DNA from: Mobula hypostoma
Lineage: Eukaryota
Assembly (NCBI RefSeq): GCF_963921235.1
Contig: NC_086109.1
Coordinates: forward strand, 25,670,001 to 25,734,000
Reading direction: 5' to 3'
DNA length: 64,000 bases
Position 1 is the first letter of the stretch. Each line of letters begins with the position of its first letter. Positions 24,405 through 38,440 of this stretch are shown piece by piece. The notes under the pieces were generated by a model that was given only the letters and a program-made list of their open reading frames with translations, did no database searches and had not been told where the DNA came from. Made by a program: the position numbers and the translations under genes.

Positions 24405-26340
24405 AAAAGCATAAGACATAGGAGTACAATTAGGCCACTAAGCCCATCTAGGCTGATTTATTATCTCTCTCAACCCCATCCTCCTGCTTTCTCATCGTAA
24501 TCTCTGACACCCTAACTAATCAAGAACCTACCAACCTCCACTTTAAATATTCTCAATGACTTGGCACCCACAGCTATCTATGGCAATTAATTCCACAGAT
24601 TCACCACCCTCTGGCTAAAGAAATTCCTTCTCATCTCTATTCTAAATGGTCATCCATCTATTCTGACGCTGTACCCTTTGGTCCTAGACTCATCCACTCT
24701 TAGGAAACATCCTCTATGCATCAACTCTATTTAGGGCTTTCAATATTTGATAGGTGCCAATGACATTCCCCCCCCCCCCACTTCCTCTTTTCCCCACTCT
24801 GAACTTTCACTATTTCTCACCTGCCTATACTTCCCCCCTCCTTCCCCTTCTCCTATTGTCTACTCCCCTCTCCTATCAGACTCTTTCTTAACCATCAGTT
24901 GTCTACTCCCCTCTCCTATCAGATTCTTTCTTTCCCACCCACCTGGCTTCACCTATTACCTTCCAGCTAGCCTCTTTCCCCTCCTCTCATCTTTTTATTC
25001 TTGCATCTTCCACCTTCATTCTCAGTCCTGAAGAAATGTCTTGGTCTGAAATATCAAACGTTTGCTCTTTCCTATGGATGCTGCCTGTCCTGCTGGGTCC
25101 CTCCAGCAGTCGGTATGTCTTGCTTTGGATTTCTAGCATCTGCAGACTTTCTTGTGTTTATAACATTACATTTGCCTTCTTTACCACTGACTCAACTTAC
25201 AAGTTAACCTTTAGGGAATCCTGCACAAAGACTCCCAAGTCCTTTTGCACCTCTGATTTTTTAAATTTTCTTCTCATTTTTAAACTAGTCTATGCCTTTA
25301 CTCCTTTTATCAAAGTGCATGACCATACACTTCCCTACACTATATTCCGTCTGCCACTTCTTTGCCCAATCTCGCAATCTGTCCAAGTCCTTCTGCAGAC
25401 TCTCTGCTTCCTTATCACTACCAGTCCTTCCAGTTATCTTCATCTCATCTGCAAACTTGTCCATGCCTTCAATTCCATCATCCAAATCATTTACATATAA
25501 TGTCAAAAGATGTGGTTCCTATACCAATCCCTGCAGAACACCACTAGTCACCGGCAGCCAACCTAAATTGGCCCCTTTTATTCCCATTCTTTTACTTCTG
25601 CCAGTCAGCCAATCTCCGATACATGCTAGAATCTTTTCTGTAATACCATGGGATCTTATCTTGTTAAGCACCCTCATGTGAAGTGCCTTGTCAAAGGCCT
25701 TCTGAAAGTCCAAGTAAACAACATCCACTGACTCCCCTTTGTCTATCCTTCCTGTTATTTCCTCAAAGAATTCCAAAAAAATTGTCAGACAAGATTTCCC
25801 ATTAAGGAAACCAGGCTGACCTTGGCCTTTGCTATCATGCACCTCCAAGTTCCCCATAACCTCATCCTTAATAATGGACTCCAACATCTTGCCAACCACT
25901 GAATTCAAGCTAAATGGCCTAAAATTTCCTTTCTTTTGCCTCCCTCCCTTCTTAAAGAAGGGAGTGACATTTTCAATTTTCCATTTCTCTGGAAAAATTC
26001 CATATCTAGTGATTCTTAAAAGATCATTGCTAATGCCTCCATAATCTTTTGGATACCGCTTTCAGAACCCTGGGGTGTAGTGCATCTGGTCCAGGTGACT
26101 TATCCACTTTCAGACCTTTCAGCTTTGCAAACACCTTTGCAACTACACTCACTTCTGTCCTCTAAAACTCTTGACTTTTTGGGATATTGCTAGTGTGTTC
26201 CACAGTGAAGACTGATGCAGAATACTTATTAAGTTCGTCTGCCATTTCTTTGTCCCTCATTACTACCTCTCCAGCATCATTTTCCAGCAGTCCGATACCC
26301 ACTCTCGCCTCCCTTTTACTCTTTATATATCTGAAAATCC
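24405..26340 (-). mobile_element. Degenerate CR1 LINE with nested PLE tail (~24760-25160, +)
   Basis: Minus ORFs with YLDFQKAFDK, KFADE, LENDAGEVVM; nested pyrimidine-rich PLE tail with cagtcctgaagaa..tgaaatatc. Confidence 0.88.
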
Positions 26341-27359
26341 TAGACCTAACCATGCACAGGCTAGAGTACTTTACCTCCTTCACAGCTCTTCCATTTCTTT
26401 TACAAACTATTTTAAAACTGTGCTCTTTGGCATTTATAAATATCTCCTCTAATAAACTGGAATAGAAAAGATTTAAGTTCCATCCACTATAAAAGTTTCT
26501 CTTATTACTTCTGGTTTGGTTGCTAGCTTTCAAAAGGCAAAAAAACGGATATAGTCTCTCCAAATTAACCACAGAAATGTACATCCATTTCTGGAACCAT
26601 TTTAGAAAATCTCTTTTCTGTGTTCCCCAAAGCCTTTCTAAAGACGGGTATTCAGAGAGACTGATCTATCTGCAGCTCATGCATTCTTTTGGTATAACTG
26701 CCTTTGGCACCCCTTGGCATTATCTAAGAAGCCTGTAATCTCATTACTTTGGAATTGCTCAGTTAACCTCTAAATATTTGTGGGGAATCATCTTCTTTCA
26801 TCCCATTTAAAACTGTTTCACCTACCTCATGCTGTCTCTCTTCATTCTTCCCACCTAAATGTTTCACTGTAAGTATCACTATTGTGAATCTCCCCCATCC
26901 CAATAACTCATTCAAGTCAACATTATTCTTTTCCTGAAGAAGGGTCTTGGACTGGACCATTAGCTGTTTATTCATTTCCATAAATACAGCCTGGACTGCT
27001 GAGTTCCTCCAGCATTTTGTGTGTGGATTTCCAGCATCTGCAGAATTTCTTGTGATTAATATTTTTCCCACTGTTCAATACACCTCCAAGCAAATCTTCC
27101 CCACATTTCAAAGTTGTACTTTATCCCCAAGGTCGAATTGATAAATGGTTGACAATATGTTTGTATGATTCTGCCTTCACGAGATTTGGAAAAGCAATTC
27201 AAATGTATTTTGTGTCACTGACCCTTACTGCAAGGGCTTCAACTTTGGTAACTGCATATTTTGTAGCACCTTATCAATGGTATTTGGATGAAGTTTTGCC
27301 TCAACAGTTTCATTTAAGTTCTAAGAGTACAAAAATACTTTAAAAAGTAGCCAAGTTTC

Positions 27360-28320
27360 CATCAAACTCAATATATAAGTTTGCTGATGACAAAACAATT
27401 GTAGGCCGTATCTCTGGTAATGATGAGTTTGAGTACAGAGAGGAAATTAAGAACCTGGTGGCATGGTGCGAAGACAATAACCTATCCCTTAACATCAGCA
27501 AGATGAAGGAATTGTTTGTTGACTTCAGAAAGATTAGTGGACCGCACGACCCAATTTACATCAGTGGTGCGCAAGTGGAACAGGTCAAAAGCTTTAAGTT
27601 CCTCGGGGTCAATATCACCAATGACCTGACTTGGTCCAACCAAGCAGAGTTCACTGCCAAGAAGGACCACCAGCATCTTTACTTCCTGAGAAAACTAAAG
27701 AAATTTGGCCTGTCCCCTAAAACCCTCACTAATTTTATAGATGCACCATAGAAAGCATTCGTCTAGGATGCATCACAACCTGGTATGGAAGTTGACCTGT
27801 CCAAGATCAAAAGAAGCTGCAGAAGATCGTGAACACAGAGCAGCACATCACACAAACTACTCTTCCGTCCATGGACTCACTTTACACCGCACACTGTCGG
27901 AGCAGTGCTGCCAGGATAATCAAGTACACGACCCACCCAGCCAACAGACTTTTCATCCCTCTTCCCTCTGGGAGAAGGTTCAGCAGCTTGAAGACGCATA
28001 TGGCCAGATTTGGGAACAGCTTCTCTCCAACTGTGATAAGACTGCTGAACGGATCCTGACCCAGATCTGGGCCATACCCTCCAAATATCCAGACCTGCCT
28101 CTCGTTTTTTTTTGCACTACCTTACTTCCCATTTTTCTATTTTCTATTTATGATTTATAATTTATATTTTTAATATTTACTAATTTTAACTATTTTTAAT
28201 ATCTTTAATATTTAATATTTGTAATCCAGGGAATTTGATTCTGAAGCGCAGAATCAAATATCGCTGTGATGATTTACGTTCTAGTACCAATTGTTTGGTG
28301 ACAATAAAGTATAAAGTATA
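27360..28320 (+). mobile_element. Rex1/Babar-type LINE 3' part
   Basis: KFADDK, WCEDNNLSLNISKMKELFVDFRK, FKFLGVNITNDLTWS, LYFLRKLKKF; (taaagta)n tail. Confidence 0.9.
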
Positions 28321-31300
28321 TAATATAATTATGAAAATAAGTCAGGTGCCAAACTAAAACTCTTCTTGCATCAGTTGTTTAATTGCCAGCTAAGCAAACC
28401 ATTTCAGAAGCCTATCACATTTAAGCTATAATTTACTTTATGTTGTAAGCCTATTACCATGAGGCAGATTTACACTATTGTTGATGATGTAAGCATATGC
28501 GTTACCTTTTTAGAAAGAAATGAGTAACATGATTAATATTTTAGATGTTACAAAACTATTCATATTCCATTGTGAAACAGAAAAGAACAAAAGTTGGTCC
28601 TTTATAGTTAAATGAACAAATATGCAATTATATAGTAACTATTTACATTTATGAGTTATTTATATGTTATATATAAAAATGATGTTAATTGCTACATGTA
28701 GCTTTAAGGAAACGTTAGGGAATCCAGGAGGATGTGTTCAGTCATGTTGGTTATTTCTGCATTATAAACACTAAGTTAACTACAAAATAGGACAATGACT
28801 CTCAACTAGATCCTTCTTAGATATTGAAACAAAGATCCACAACAATTAGTCATTAAAGTAAATTAACCAGTGATCAAAAATATATTCCTTTTGATTTGAA
28901 CTGGGATATCTGGATGCTTGAGTAAGTTAAACAGATTGGAAAGAATATGAATCATTCAGACTGATGCAACACTGGTGATGACCACTGTGACAATTATGTT
29001 TATTTATACTTTTTGAAAGACACTTCCAGTTAATCCCAATCTAAACTTTCTTTCCCCACCATCTTGTACTTTTCTTTTTTAATATGAATGAATGCATTAT
29101 TATTGGGTGCTTCTCTGTCTCTTAAGCAACACATTCCAAGCACATTGACTTGCTAAGGATTAATTTTTCTCCTCATCTTTGTGACAGATTATCAACTCCT
29201 CTGCAAGTAAAAAGGATTTCTCCCAATTTAGAAGACTTCATAATTTAAGAACTAAATCTCACTTTTACAAAAGAAGAATCAAAATAAGAATACCATCTCC
29301 ATTCTATGGAAATATAATTGATTCCCAATTCCATTCTGGTATATCTCTACAAGGTTTAACAATGATTCAAAATAATTGTGCCCAGAATTTGATGTAATAC
29401 TGTATGCTGAATAAAGCCTTGCTAGTGATTAGTAAAGTTTTCACTTGGTTTGTACAAAGTGATGTTCAACATACAACACAATAATTGGCTATTCAATACT
29501 GCATTTCATTCTCTGTAAATCTCCCAAAGTTTACTATCTCATCTCCTTTTATCAACTTCTATTCCATTTTCTTTCATGACTCTTCTGAGTACTTTCTAAA
29601 AGTATCTAAGCCATTTCCTTCAACTATTGTCTGTGTTTGGTGCCATTTTCTAATACTTAAGTAATACATCAGTATTTACTCTAAATCAGAATGGCATTAT
29701 TTTTAAAAAAAATGGTGAAATAACCATAACATGAACAATGACATAACAAAACCATTTGCCTCCCAAAATTTTGTATGAAATGAGTGAGGATTTTTGCAGA
29801 AGTTCTAATGACAATCTTGCAAAGTTATCCAGATTTGGAAACAGTCTATAGATTAGAAAACTGAGCATGTTATCTGCTGCTTGAGAAAAGTGAGAGAGGA
29901 GAAACCAGTAGGTTATAGACTGTAGCATGAAATCTATGGGTGAAAAATTACCAGAGTTGATAGTTTTGTGGAGTTTGTCTCAATGCATGAAAATCTTAAG
30001 CCGATCTGAGGCAGGTGGCATAGTTTTCTTAAAGAATAAATCATGGCTGAAAACTTTGACTGACTTTTCAAATTGTAACTAAATTGGTGGAAAAGTAGAA
30101 TATGTGATTTACATAAATGTAGACTTTTATGAAATGATTTGATAGTCCCTATGAATACAGGCAAATTGTGATTTTTGAAAGTGGACTGTAAATAGACAGA
30201 GCAAAATAATTCCTAATGAGGCAAAAGTTGGAAGTTATGTGTGGCTGTATAGAAACCTGGGTCCTTGTACATATTTATTTCAATGTCACAACAAATGTAG
30301 AAGATAAACAAATAACTAATGGAATGTTTGCCTTTTATCAAGAAGTCAGAAGTACAAGAACATAGAATAAAAAATAGAAAATGCTGGAAGTACTGATCAG
30401 GTCAGGCTACATATATGGGAAGAGAAACAGAGATAGTATTTCAGGTCAAAGACCCTTCTGTCAGTAGTACTTGCTTGAAACCGTGGGAAGATATAGTGAA
30501 CTTTTACCAAAATGCCCCGTGAAGGCTCATGGTTAAATAATGAGCAATGCTAATTCCAACCATATCTGCATTCCCTTAGATTGAGAGGGCAAAGGACTGA
30601 AAAAAAAATCAATTGAAAAATGGAGAGAAATGAGTCCCACCAGCTGGGATGCTTGGAAGCAGCTAACTTAGGCCCAAGATTTTCAGGACTGAATTGCAGA
30701 AATACTTCTCAAAATAGAAGGTGGTTAAAAGAATTGAATTCTTCTCCACTAACCAGAAATAATGTTGTCAGTTGTTAATTTTAACCCTGAGGTTGATCAT
30801 TTTCTTGTCAACCAAAAATTTCACATTGATCTATATGCCATAGATCAGTAACATTCTCATTAAACAATAGAGGAAAATCAAAGACATAATGCTCTTTTTC
30901 TTTCACGTTCAATGTTTTTATGGAAGCATTGTATGAGCAAAGAAACTTTTTTTTCCCTTTGGATTTATTAATAACGATCTTATTGTTGGACATTGGACAT
31001 GACAATAAAATCTGTACATTTCAAACATTTTTAATCTTGAAAATCTCTATTACATCACGCTTTAATTTCCCCCTTTTATTTAGACTTCCCTAACTATTAT
31101 ATTTTCAATTGGGTACAGTCCTGTAAATCTTTTTTTTCACTTTCTGCAGTAGTTTGTTGTCCTTTTCAATGCACGAAGGCAGATTTCATGTATATTTTAA
31201 CAGCAATATCCACTTGTCCTGCCAATGTAAAAGAATTGCAGATATGAAGACCTTGTTTTTCTTTTGCTTTATTCTGTTTCCATGGCTCACACCATCTTCT

Positions 31301-32879
31301 ATTCTAAAGTTACCCGTTATTTCACGGTTAACAGCCTTCCTTTCCACCAACCTTTCGGTACTTTTCACGTTTTCTTCTTTCTAACAGCGCGTCCCAATCT
31401 GGACAAACCGAGTTTATGGTATACCCCCCTCCAGTCTCAGTCACCATTCGCTGCTTTTACCTTTTAGCTGGTATTATATATCCGTTCCATTCCAGTCTCT
31501 TTAGTTTCATAGGATTTAGTTTTGCTATGAATTTGCCGGGTTTTTTTTTTGTTTGTTGATTTGTCTTTTTTTTCGTTTCCTTTCTATTTGATTTAAATTC
31601 GTTGAATCATTTTAATTAGTTGCCTGTCCAAAACCACGTTTGCTGCAACAGTCTGCTTTCTTTCAAGGTCATTGCTTTTTTAAAAAAAAAATAAAACGTT
31701 AGTACAAACGAGGGTGTACTACCTGAGGGAAATGAGTGCATGCGCCGATTGGGTCGAGAATGCAAATTAATTGTTATAAAATTCAGCGGGTCACTCGATT
31801 TAAGTTTCCTGCGTGCGTTGAAGCTTTCAATGCACACCTCCTGCTCGAGGTTTTACTTCAATTAAATACTTATCATTCTTTCAAGAACAATGGTTTTAAA
31901 GAAAAGAACAAGTCTCCGAAATTAAAACGCTACAGTCACTGTGTATTTTTCCCCTCAGATTTGGAGGAGATGTATAACTGTGAGGGTTTATGATTAGCAC
32001 TCGCTGCCGAGAGATTAAAGTGGCTTCGATCCATCAACAGCTTCCCAATATCAGATGAACAAAAATTAAAATACTCACGGACACAATCATTCACGGCCCC
32101 ATCGACTGGGCGTTTCAAAGCAATTTCAAACTAACTGTGCATGATCCACTTAAACTGGGTCAAAACAGGGAAGTGAATTTATTTCGCCTCAGATGTTTTG
32201 TTCAGATAATTTCCTCGCGATACCGGCGGACAATTCTGTTTCCTGGCAGCCTTCTGAGATTTCGGATGTCGGAAAACAAAACTTTCTCTGAACCAATTTT
32301 TCTCCGAAATCTCGCGGAGTCAGCATCTTATTCAGTGTTCCGCTCACAATGTGACTCGATGTGTAGCGAGGGGTGTTTTTCAAATTACATTGTTTAATTG
32401 ATCCAGCAACGGGTATTGTTATTACCATGTTCAGTATACTGTTCAGTTTGTGAACTTCATGCGAGCAAGGAATTTCAAACCATGTTATTCGGGTTAACAT
32501 GGTGCATTTTTCAAGGTTTTTTCTCCCCTGGGAATATTCATGGTATTAGTTTTTAGGTAGTATTGGGACATTGCTCCGAAAATTTCATAATATATTTATT
32601 ACTCTTGGCATTCTGCTCGAAGTGCTGGGGATATCGTTCAAGATACGGATCATGTCAAGACTCAGATATTATTGTCGGTATTACTCAGGATACTGTGAAG
32701 TATAATGCTGGAAATATTATTCGGAATGTTACTGAGCGCACCAAAAACTTTCACATGTGACTGGATATCAAATCCATCTTTTTAAACAATGATCCTTAAA
32801 ATACTTTCACGTTAAAGGTTCATGAGCGCGTTGATATATTTGAAATTGAATGTTACCTTGGACCACGGGGATGTGAAAG

Positions 32880-33095
32880 AGTTAATTGAGGCGGCGAGTG
32901 TTCCACGTGATTGAAGTTTTAGGTGGTTATGTCACAGATATCTGAACCCAACCCCACCCCACCCCCTTTGCCCCAAAAGGTCCCATTGTCTTATTTAGTA
33001 AACAACCCGCCCATTTCAAAAGGGAAAGACGGAAGAGAGAGGGGTAGAGCATAGAGTTTAATATGAAACATCAGTACAACGGCGGCGAACTGGTC
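32880..33095 (+). promoter_or_regulatory. Putative proximal promoter/5'UTR of the exon at 33096, with E-box
   Basis: CACGTG at 32904-32909, C-tracts at 32947-32975, ccattgtc (Sox-like); CpG-rich and repeat-free, directly upstream of the candidate ATG. Confidence 0.4.
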
Positions 33096-33384
33096 ATGGA
33101 GTCCCGGGTCTGTTTACCGTACCGCACCCCTTCCAGGCAGACTCACGCAGATTCGGAGCCCAGTGCTACAGCGTTTTATTCCCGTGACAAGCTGCACGGC
33201 GCGGCGGGTACCCGCAGCAGCTGCTGCAACTCTCGATCCTACGGAGTTCCGGGGACCCGTTGCGATTACTTGTACATTGATGGTCATCGGAGGTCGTCAG
33301 CGGGGAGCCCGCCGAAGTACTTGGAGAGTATCGAAGGAGGTCGGTCCGGGTCGTTAAATGGCGAGGTGGACGCCAGCCCTGAGG
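33096..33384 (+). CDS. alx3: First coding exon of a probable ALX3-like (aristaless-like) homeobox gene; alternative in-frame ATG at 33063
   Basis: Kozak gtcATGG, CpG-dense open frame, strong donor GAGG|GTAAGT at 33385 (phase 1, 96 codons +1). MESRVCLPYR..SPPKYLESIEGGRSGSLNG..PE resembles human ALX3 exon 1 as recalled (MDPEHCAPFR..PPAKYLQDLGPGPALNG..PAE, ~92 codons, phase 1). Homeodomain exon not seen in the window. Confidence 0.55.
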
Positions 33385-35644
33385 GTAAGTTTTGCCTCCA
33401 AAAGATAGTGTGCTCTCAGAGCTTCTAGTAGGTGAATTATACTGATCTAAAGCGAAATTCCGCAGCCGGTGCCGTATACATTGAAAACTGCGAGCCGTAG
33501 TTGAGGTTAATTAGACCAGTACCAGTTAATTCTGAAGTGGACGAACATTTAAGATTCGCATTTAGATTAGTGTATTGTCAGACACCAGGGTGTAATGAAA
33601 ATCCCTGCTGGTGCGAAATTCTCAAATCATGGTAATAAGTACAATATTGCCGGATTCATTCACGTCCCTGCATCAGTTACGGATAGCAGAAAATCGCTTT
33701 GTGGGAGTATGGATGCGAGCGTTCATTTAATTGTTTACGAAGTGTGCGTTCGTTCCATTGTATTCCTGACTCGTTCATTCGCCCCAATACAAATTGTGTG
33801 GAAGCGGATATTGCACGTACGATCTTCTATCTTTATATTTGAGGTTGCAACAATTAGCCGAGAGTATTTTACTTCTAGGGTTGAGATAATAATTTCCTGT
33901 TCCTGAGTGGAGGAGTTGTGTTGCATCGTCCGTGTCACTCGGAAACCGCCAATCGATAGCTCTCGTGTGTCAGATCTAAAGCTTTCCCAAATCAATACAG
34001 TTACACATTTATAAGTATACTGAATTTTACAGAGTTTGGGTTCAGCGTGTCCGTATGATATTAGAATCGATGCTCAATGAATATAATTACGCTACACGTC
34101 ATCCGATCAAAATATCTTTACAGTGGTCATCCGGACAACGCGTCTGCCCTCGTCCACGAACATCCAGATTCGTTTTTCTGCTTTCCACCGTCAAGGATGA
34201 GGATGCTGACATTTGTTCCGTAGAGAAACAACATTCTGATTTGGTTTCCGACCAGATTTAACATTTTACAAACATTGATTACTCTAAACTTGATTCTCAT
34301 TTTAAAACCTTTCCTGGGGCGAGAGTGGGACTACGGTGTGATAGCGTCGCAGCACCGAGTCACCGACCGACCGAAGGAGCGCAGTGGTTACTTATTTTGA
34401 AACATTGTGCGTAAAAATAATGCGCAGAGGAAAATAAGTAACGTTAAAGAGGCAAGATTGTGTTCTCCTATAATTGCGAAACCACTATTTTGGTCACATC
34501 TAATTCCTTCCTAGTTGAAAATGACTACTTCGCTATCTTCTCCCCGGGAATAAGAAGGAGTTTTATTTATCTTTGTTGCGATGTAGTCTGTAGAAAATAA
34601 TCCCACCCTGTTAAATTATTATGACCAGAAGGGCATCTGGTAGATCCACATTCGAATTGCCACATTTAGTGTCTTAGGTCACCCCAAATCTCTCGCCCTC
34701 CGGCTGTGGTTACCATGGAGAAAATTGCTTGGTTTGCAATAAGTATGAAGAATTTCTTAAGGACCTGCTCGGCGTTTACCGCGGGCAACTTGCAATGCAA
34801 CTTAAAGCAGAACGTATTCCGACTTGATCCAGTTGTAAGGTTCATTGGATTGTCGAAGGTACAGCACATGCTCCAATACGCAACAAGAAGGATTGGGGAA
34901 ATTCTAGAAGGTTTAACAATCGGGGTATGGAGAATTCAGGATTGCTTGGGATAACGATATTAATTCTCGTGAGAGAAAATTTATTCCATTGGGTTTGCGT
35001 GAACTATTCCCAAGAGTATTTAAATTCCCAATTCCCTTGTACTCTTCCTCACCCACCACCTGCAAGATTTCTCCTTTCAGTAGTTATTCGAACTTTTCTA
35101 AAGGCTTCTGTTCACTCTACATCTATCACCCTCTCAGGCAAAACACTGTATTTCCTAACCATTCCTCCGTAGAAAACGTTTTACCTGTCACCAGCCATTT
35201 TTTATTGGGAAACCATTTTCTTATTTTATATACTAAAGGCAAACTTTGCATGACTTTCAACGTCCCAACACGTCTTACTTTTTTCTCTCTCCAAGATGAA
35301 CAACACCAAGTTTGACTGGCTCACATAACTATTAATTCATCTTCTCTGGGGTCATTCTAGATTATTTCCCGATCTTCACAAAAACCATGAGAGCTTTCCT
35401 AAATATGGTAACTTGAATTGGCCAAGATTCTATAACAGGAGCTGGCGTATTATTCTATATGGATTTGCCAAAGTTTCCTATCTTTTGTACTCTGTGCTGC
35501 TAGTTATGCCAAGTTTATCCATCAACTTCAAATACCTGTGGTTCCTAGGTTTGTAGCCTATAACTATACCACGGAAAATGAATATTGCCCCTCCTCATCC
35601 AAATGTATCACTGTGCAATTTCTGATGCTCAATATCAGATTAAA

Positions 35645-36235
35645 ATTGTGATTTATTTATCACATGTACGTCGAAACAGGCAGTGAAATATATCGTTTGC
35701 GTTAACAAACAGGCACTCCCAAGGATGTGCTGGAGGCAGGCACGCAAGTGTTGCCACACATTTCGGCGCTAACGTAGCATGCCCACTATGTTCCACAGAA
35801 CAACACAGGCTGCAGCAACAGCAATAAAACAAGACAACAGCTAAACAAGCCCCTTTCCCATCCCTCCCACTCACACACCCAGGAAAGCCTCCAACTCCCG
35901 GACAGAAAGCTTCCGGACCTCAAGTCCCGTTCCCTGGATCGCAGGCATTAGGCCTCCAACTTCACCAAGAATCAATGACCTTCGGGCCTCCACTTCCGGA
36001 CTCGCACGGATACCGTACGGACTTCCAACCCGGGACCGACCGGTCTCCGCCCAGAGAATCGCTGGTCTCCTCAGCATCTTCGACCGCAGGCGCTTCGACC
36101 TGGACTTGAACTCCTTCCCAGACCCTTCACTTACCAGCCCCGATCTCCAACTTCCCAAATTCTCTGCCGCTAAACTCTCGTCTGACCCCCCAACTCTCAC
36201 GACGTCGAAGGACATCATCCGTCATGTGAGCCTAT
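35645..36235 (-). repeat. Non-autonomous retroposon with HE1-like 3' tail and CpG-rich repetitive body
   Basis: Antisense tail tttatttatcacatgtacgtcgaaac shared with SINE copies; recurrent cttccggac/ctccaact units; related plus-strand copy at ~14090-14400. Confidence 0.5.
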
Positions 36236-36517
36236 CTGCGTTGGTAAAGACTGATTTTGAAGTCTATTACTGTATCTCTCATTGTTTACTGCACTTAGAA
36301 CTATTAATGGCACGGGGAATGCAAGTCACAAATTTAAAATTGTGTCCTGTATCCCATTGCATGACTGTATTTCGGAGCTGGAGTAGTTAAGTTAACTCTA
36401 TCCACCCCAAATGGAAAGAAAATACAGCCCTTACAGAATTTCCCATCTATTTCTTGTTGAAGTTATGTTGATATTTCACCTCATGTGTGTTAATTTTGCT
36501 AACAAGCCTAAAACGTA

Positions 36518-36962
36518 ACGCACACAAACTGCTGGAGGAACTCAGCGGGTCAGGCAGCATCGATGGAAGACAGTAAAACATCGACTTTTCCAGACCCTTC
36601 CTCGGGACTGAGGAGGGGGAAGATGCCTGATTGTAAAGGAAGTGGGAGGGGAAGGAGGCTAGCAGGGAGGTGATAGATGAAATCAGGTGGGTGGAAGAGA
36701 AAGTACTTGATAGGAGAGGAAAGTGGACAATAGGAGAAAGGGAAGAAGGAGATCGGGAGAAGAAATGAGCTGGTGAGAAGAAGTGAAAAAGTCAGAGTGG
36801 GGACTAGAGGAGGTTGGGGGGGAGGTGGAAATCTGTTCACCAGAAAGAGAAATTGATATTCATGCCATCAGGTTAGAGGGTACCCAGATGGAATATATGG
36901 TGTTACTCCTCCACTTTGAGGGTGGCCTCATCTTGGCACAAGAAGAGGTCATGGATCGACAC
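36518..36962 (-). mobile_element. PLE 3' end (end of GIY-YIG + tail with decayed hammerhead)
   Basis: Antisense catgccatcaggttagagggtacccagatggaatatatggtgtt.. matches the PLE at 16725-16775. Confidence 0.8.
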
Positions 36963-38124
36963 CTCTGTCTAAAATGTGCCAGTTTTGGAAGTCCATTGAA
37001 ACTGCAAATCACCATTAAAGTATTAATCCAGTTACATGACACTGACAAACCTGCTTCAGTTATGTAGATTAGTTGTTCCTTTATGTTTTAATTTATATTT
37101 GAAATTGTTCCTGTTTCATTTCAATCCTACTGTCACTTTTTAAAGCTGTTGTTTTGCAGTGTTGGTTTGCACCATATCACAGATATTCATTGACTTTCGT
37201 CACAGGAAAGTGTCCGTACTTTGACCGTTATGATGAAGGGTTACTAACCTGAAATGTCAGCTGTTTCTTTCCATCCCTGCCCCTCACACCTCACCCTAGA
37301 TGCTGACTGTCCTGCTAAGCACCACTAGCATCCTCTGTTTTTTTTTCAATCTTCTTATGCTAGCTCTCTATTATTAGTCTATGCTTGTCCAAGTCACTGT
37401 TAGTTACCTTTGGGATTATTTCATTATCACCTTTAATAATAGACCAACTGCTCACCATTGTGAAATTATTATTTCACTACATTTTGAATAAGACTTAATC
37501 ACTTTAAATTATTTAATCCTCGGTTTCCACCCATGTATTAAAAAAAATTGAAAATTGAAATTCCCACCCATACCTCCATCAACAAAGATGCATCTGATGC
37601 AAGCTGGTGATTTAATTATTTTAAACACCATCAACATATCTGCAGTTAGTTTGATTAAATGAAGAACATGAGTAGCCTCACTCTTTGGCAAAGTCCTCTT
37701 TCTCGGTAAACATCAGTGTAAAATACCATAGCTGTGGCTTCCATCTTGATCAGTCTCCATTTTGATTTCCATTTCATCCTGGTGCTCCTCTATCTGGTCT
37801 ATATAACTCAACACAGACATAGCACCAGCGAACTATCCTTTTTGCTGTTAACATACACTGACAAGTTCTCTGTCTTCCCTCCTGTAGTTACACCAACTTG
37901 TTCTAAACCAGTCTCTTTGACATTCTTAATTTTTTCTTACTTCTCTATGCATTTTGGATATTCCAACTAGTTTATACTTCTTATTTTCAGGATTTCATCT
38001 ACCAATGCCCCTTCGTTATTGTACAGAAGGCATACTGATACTGAACACACTTAAAAATCATCTACTGACAGCACGGTTATTCCCCACATTCAACATCATA
38101 CTGATTGTTGCTACTTTACAGGAT

Positions 38125-38440
38125 GTTTCCTGCAGTGAGGAAGTCGAAGTCTACAACCAGAGGGCACAGCCTCAGAATACAAGGATGTCCTTTAGGGCAG
38201 AGATGAAAGGGTGCCAAAGGGTGGTAAATATGTGGAATTCATTGGAATGATGACTGTGGAGGCCAAGTCATTGGGTATATTTAAAGTGGAGGTTGGTAGG
38301 TTCTTGATCAGTAAGGATGTCAAAGGTTATGGGAAGAAGGCAGGAGAATGCAGTTGAGAGAGATAATAAATCAGCCATGATGGAATAGTGAAACAGAATT
38401 GATGAACTGAATGACTTAATTCTGCCCCTATGTCTTACCA
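38125..38440 (+). mobile_element. CR1 3' end
   Basis: accagagggcacagcctcagaat..gtggtaaatatgtggaattc..aatgacttaattctgcccctatgtctt. Confidence 0.85.
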
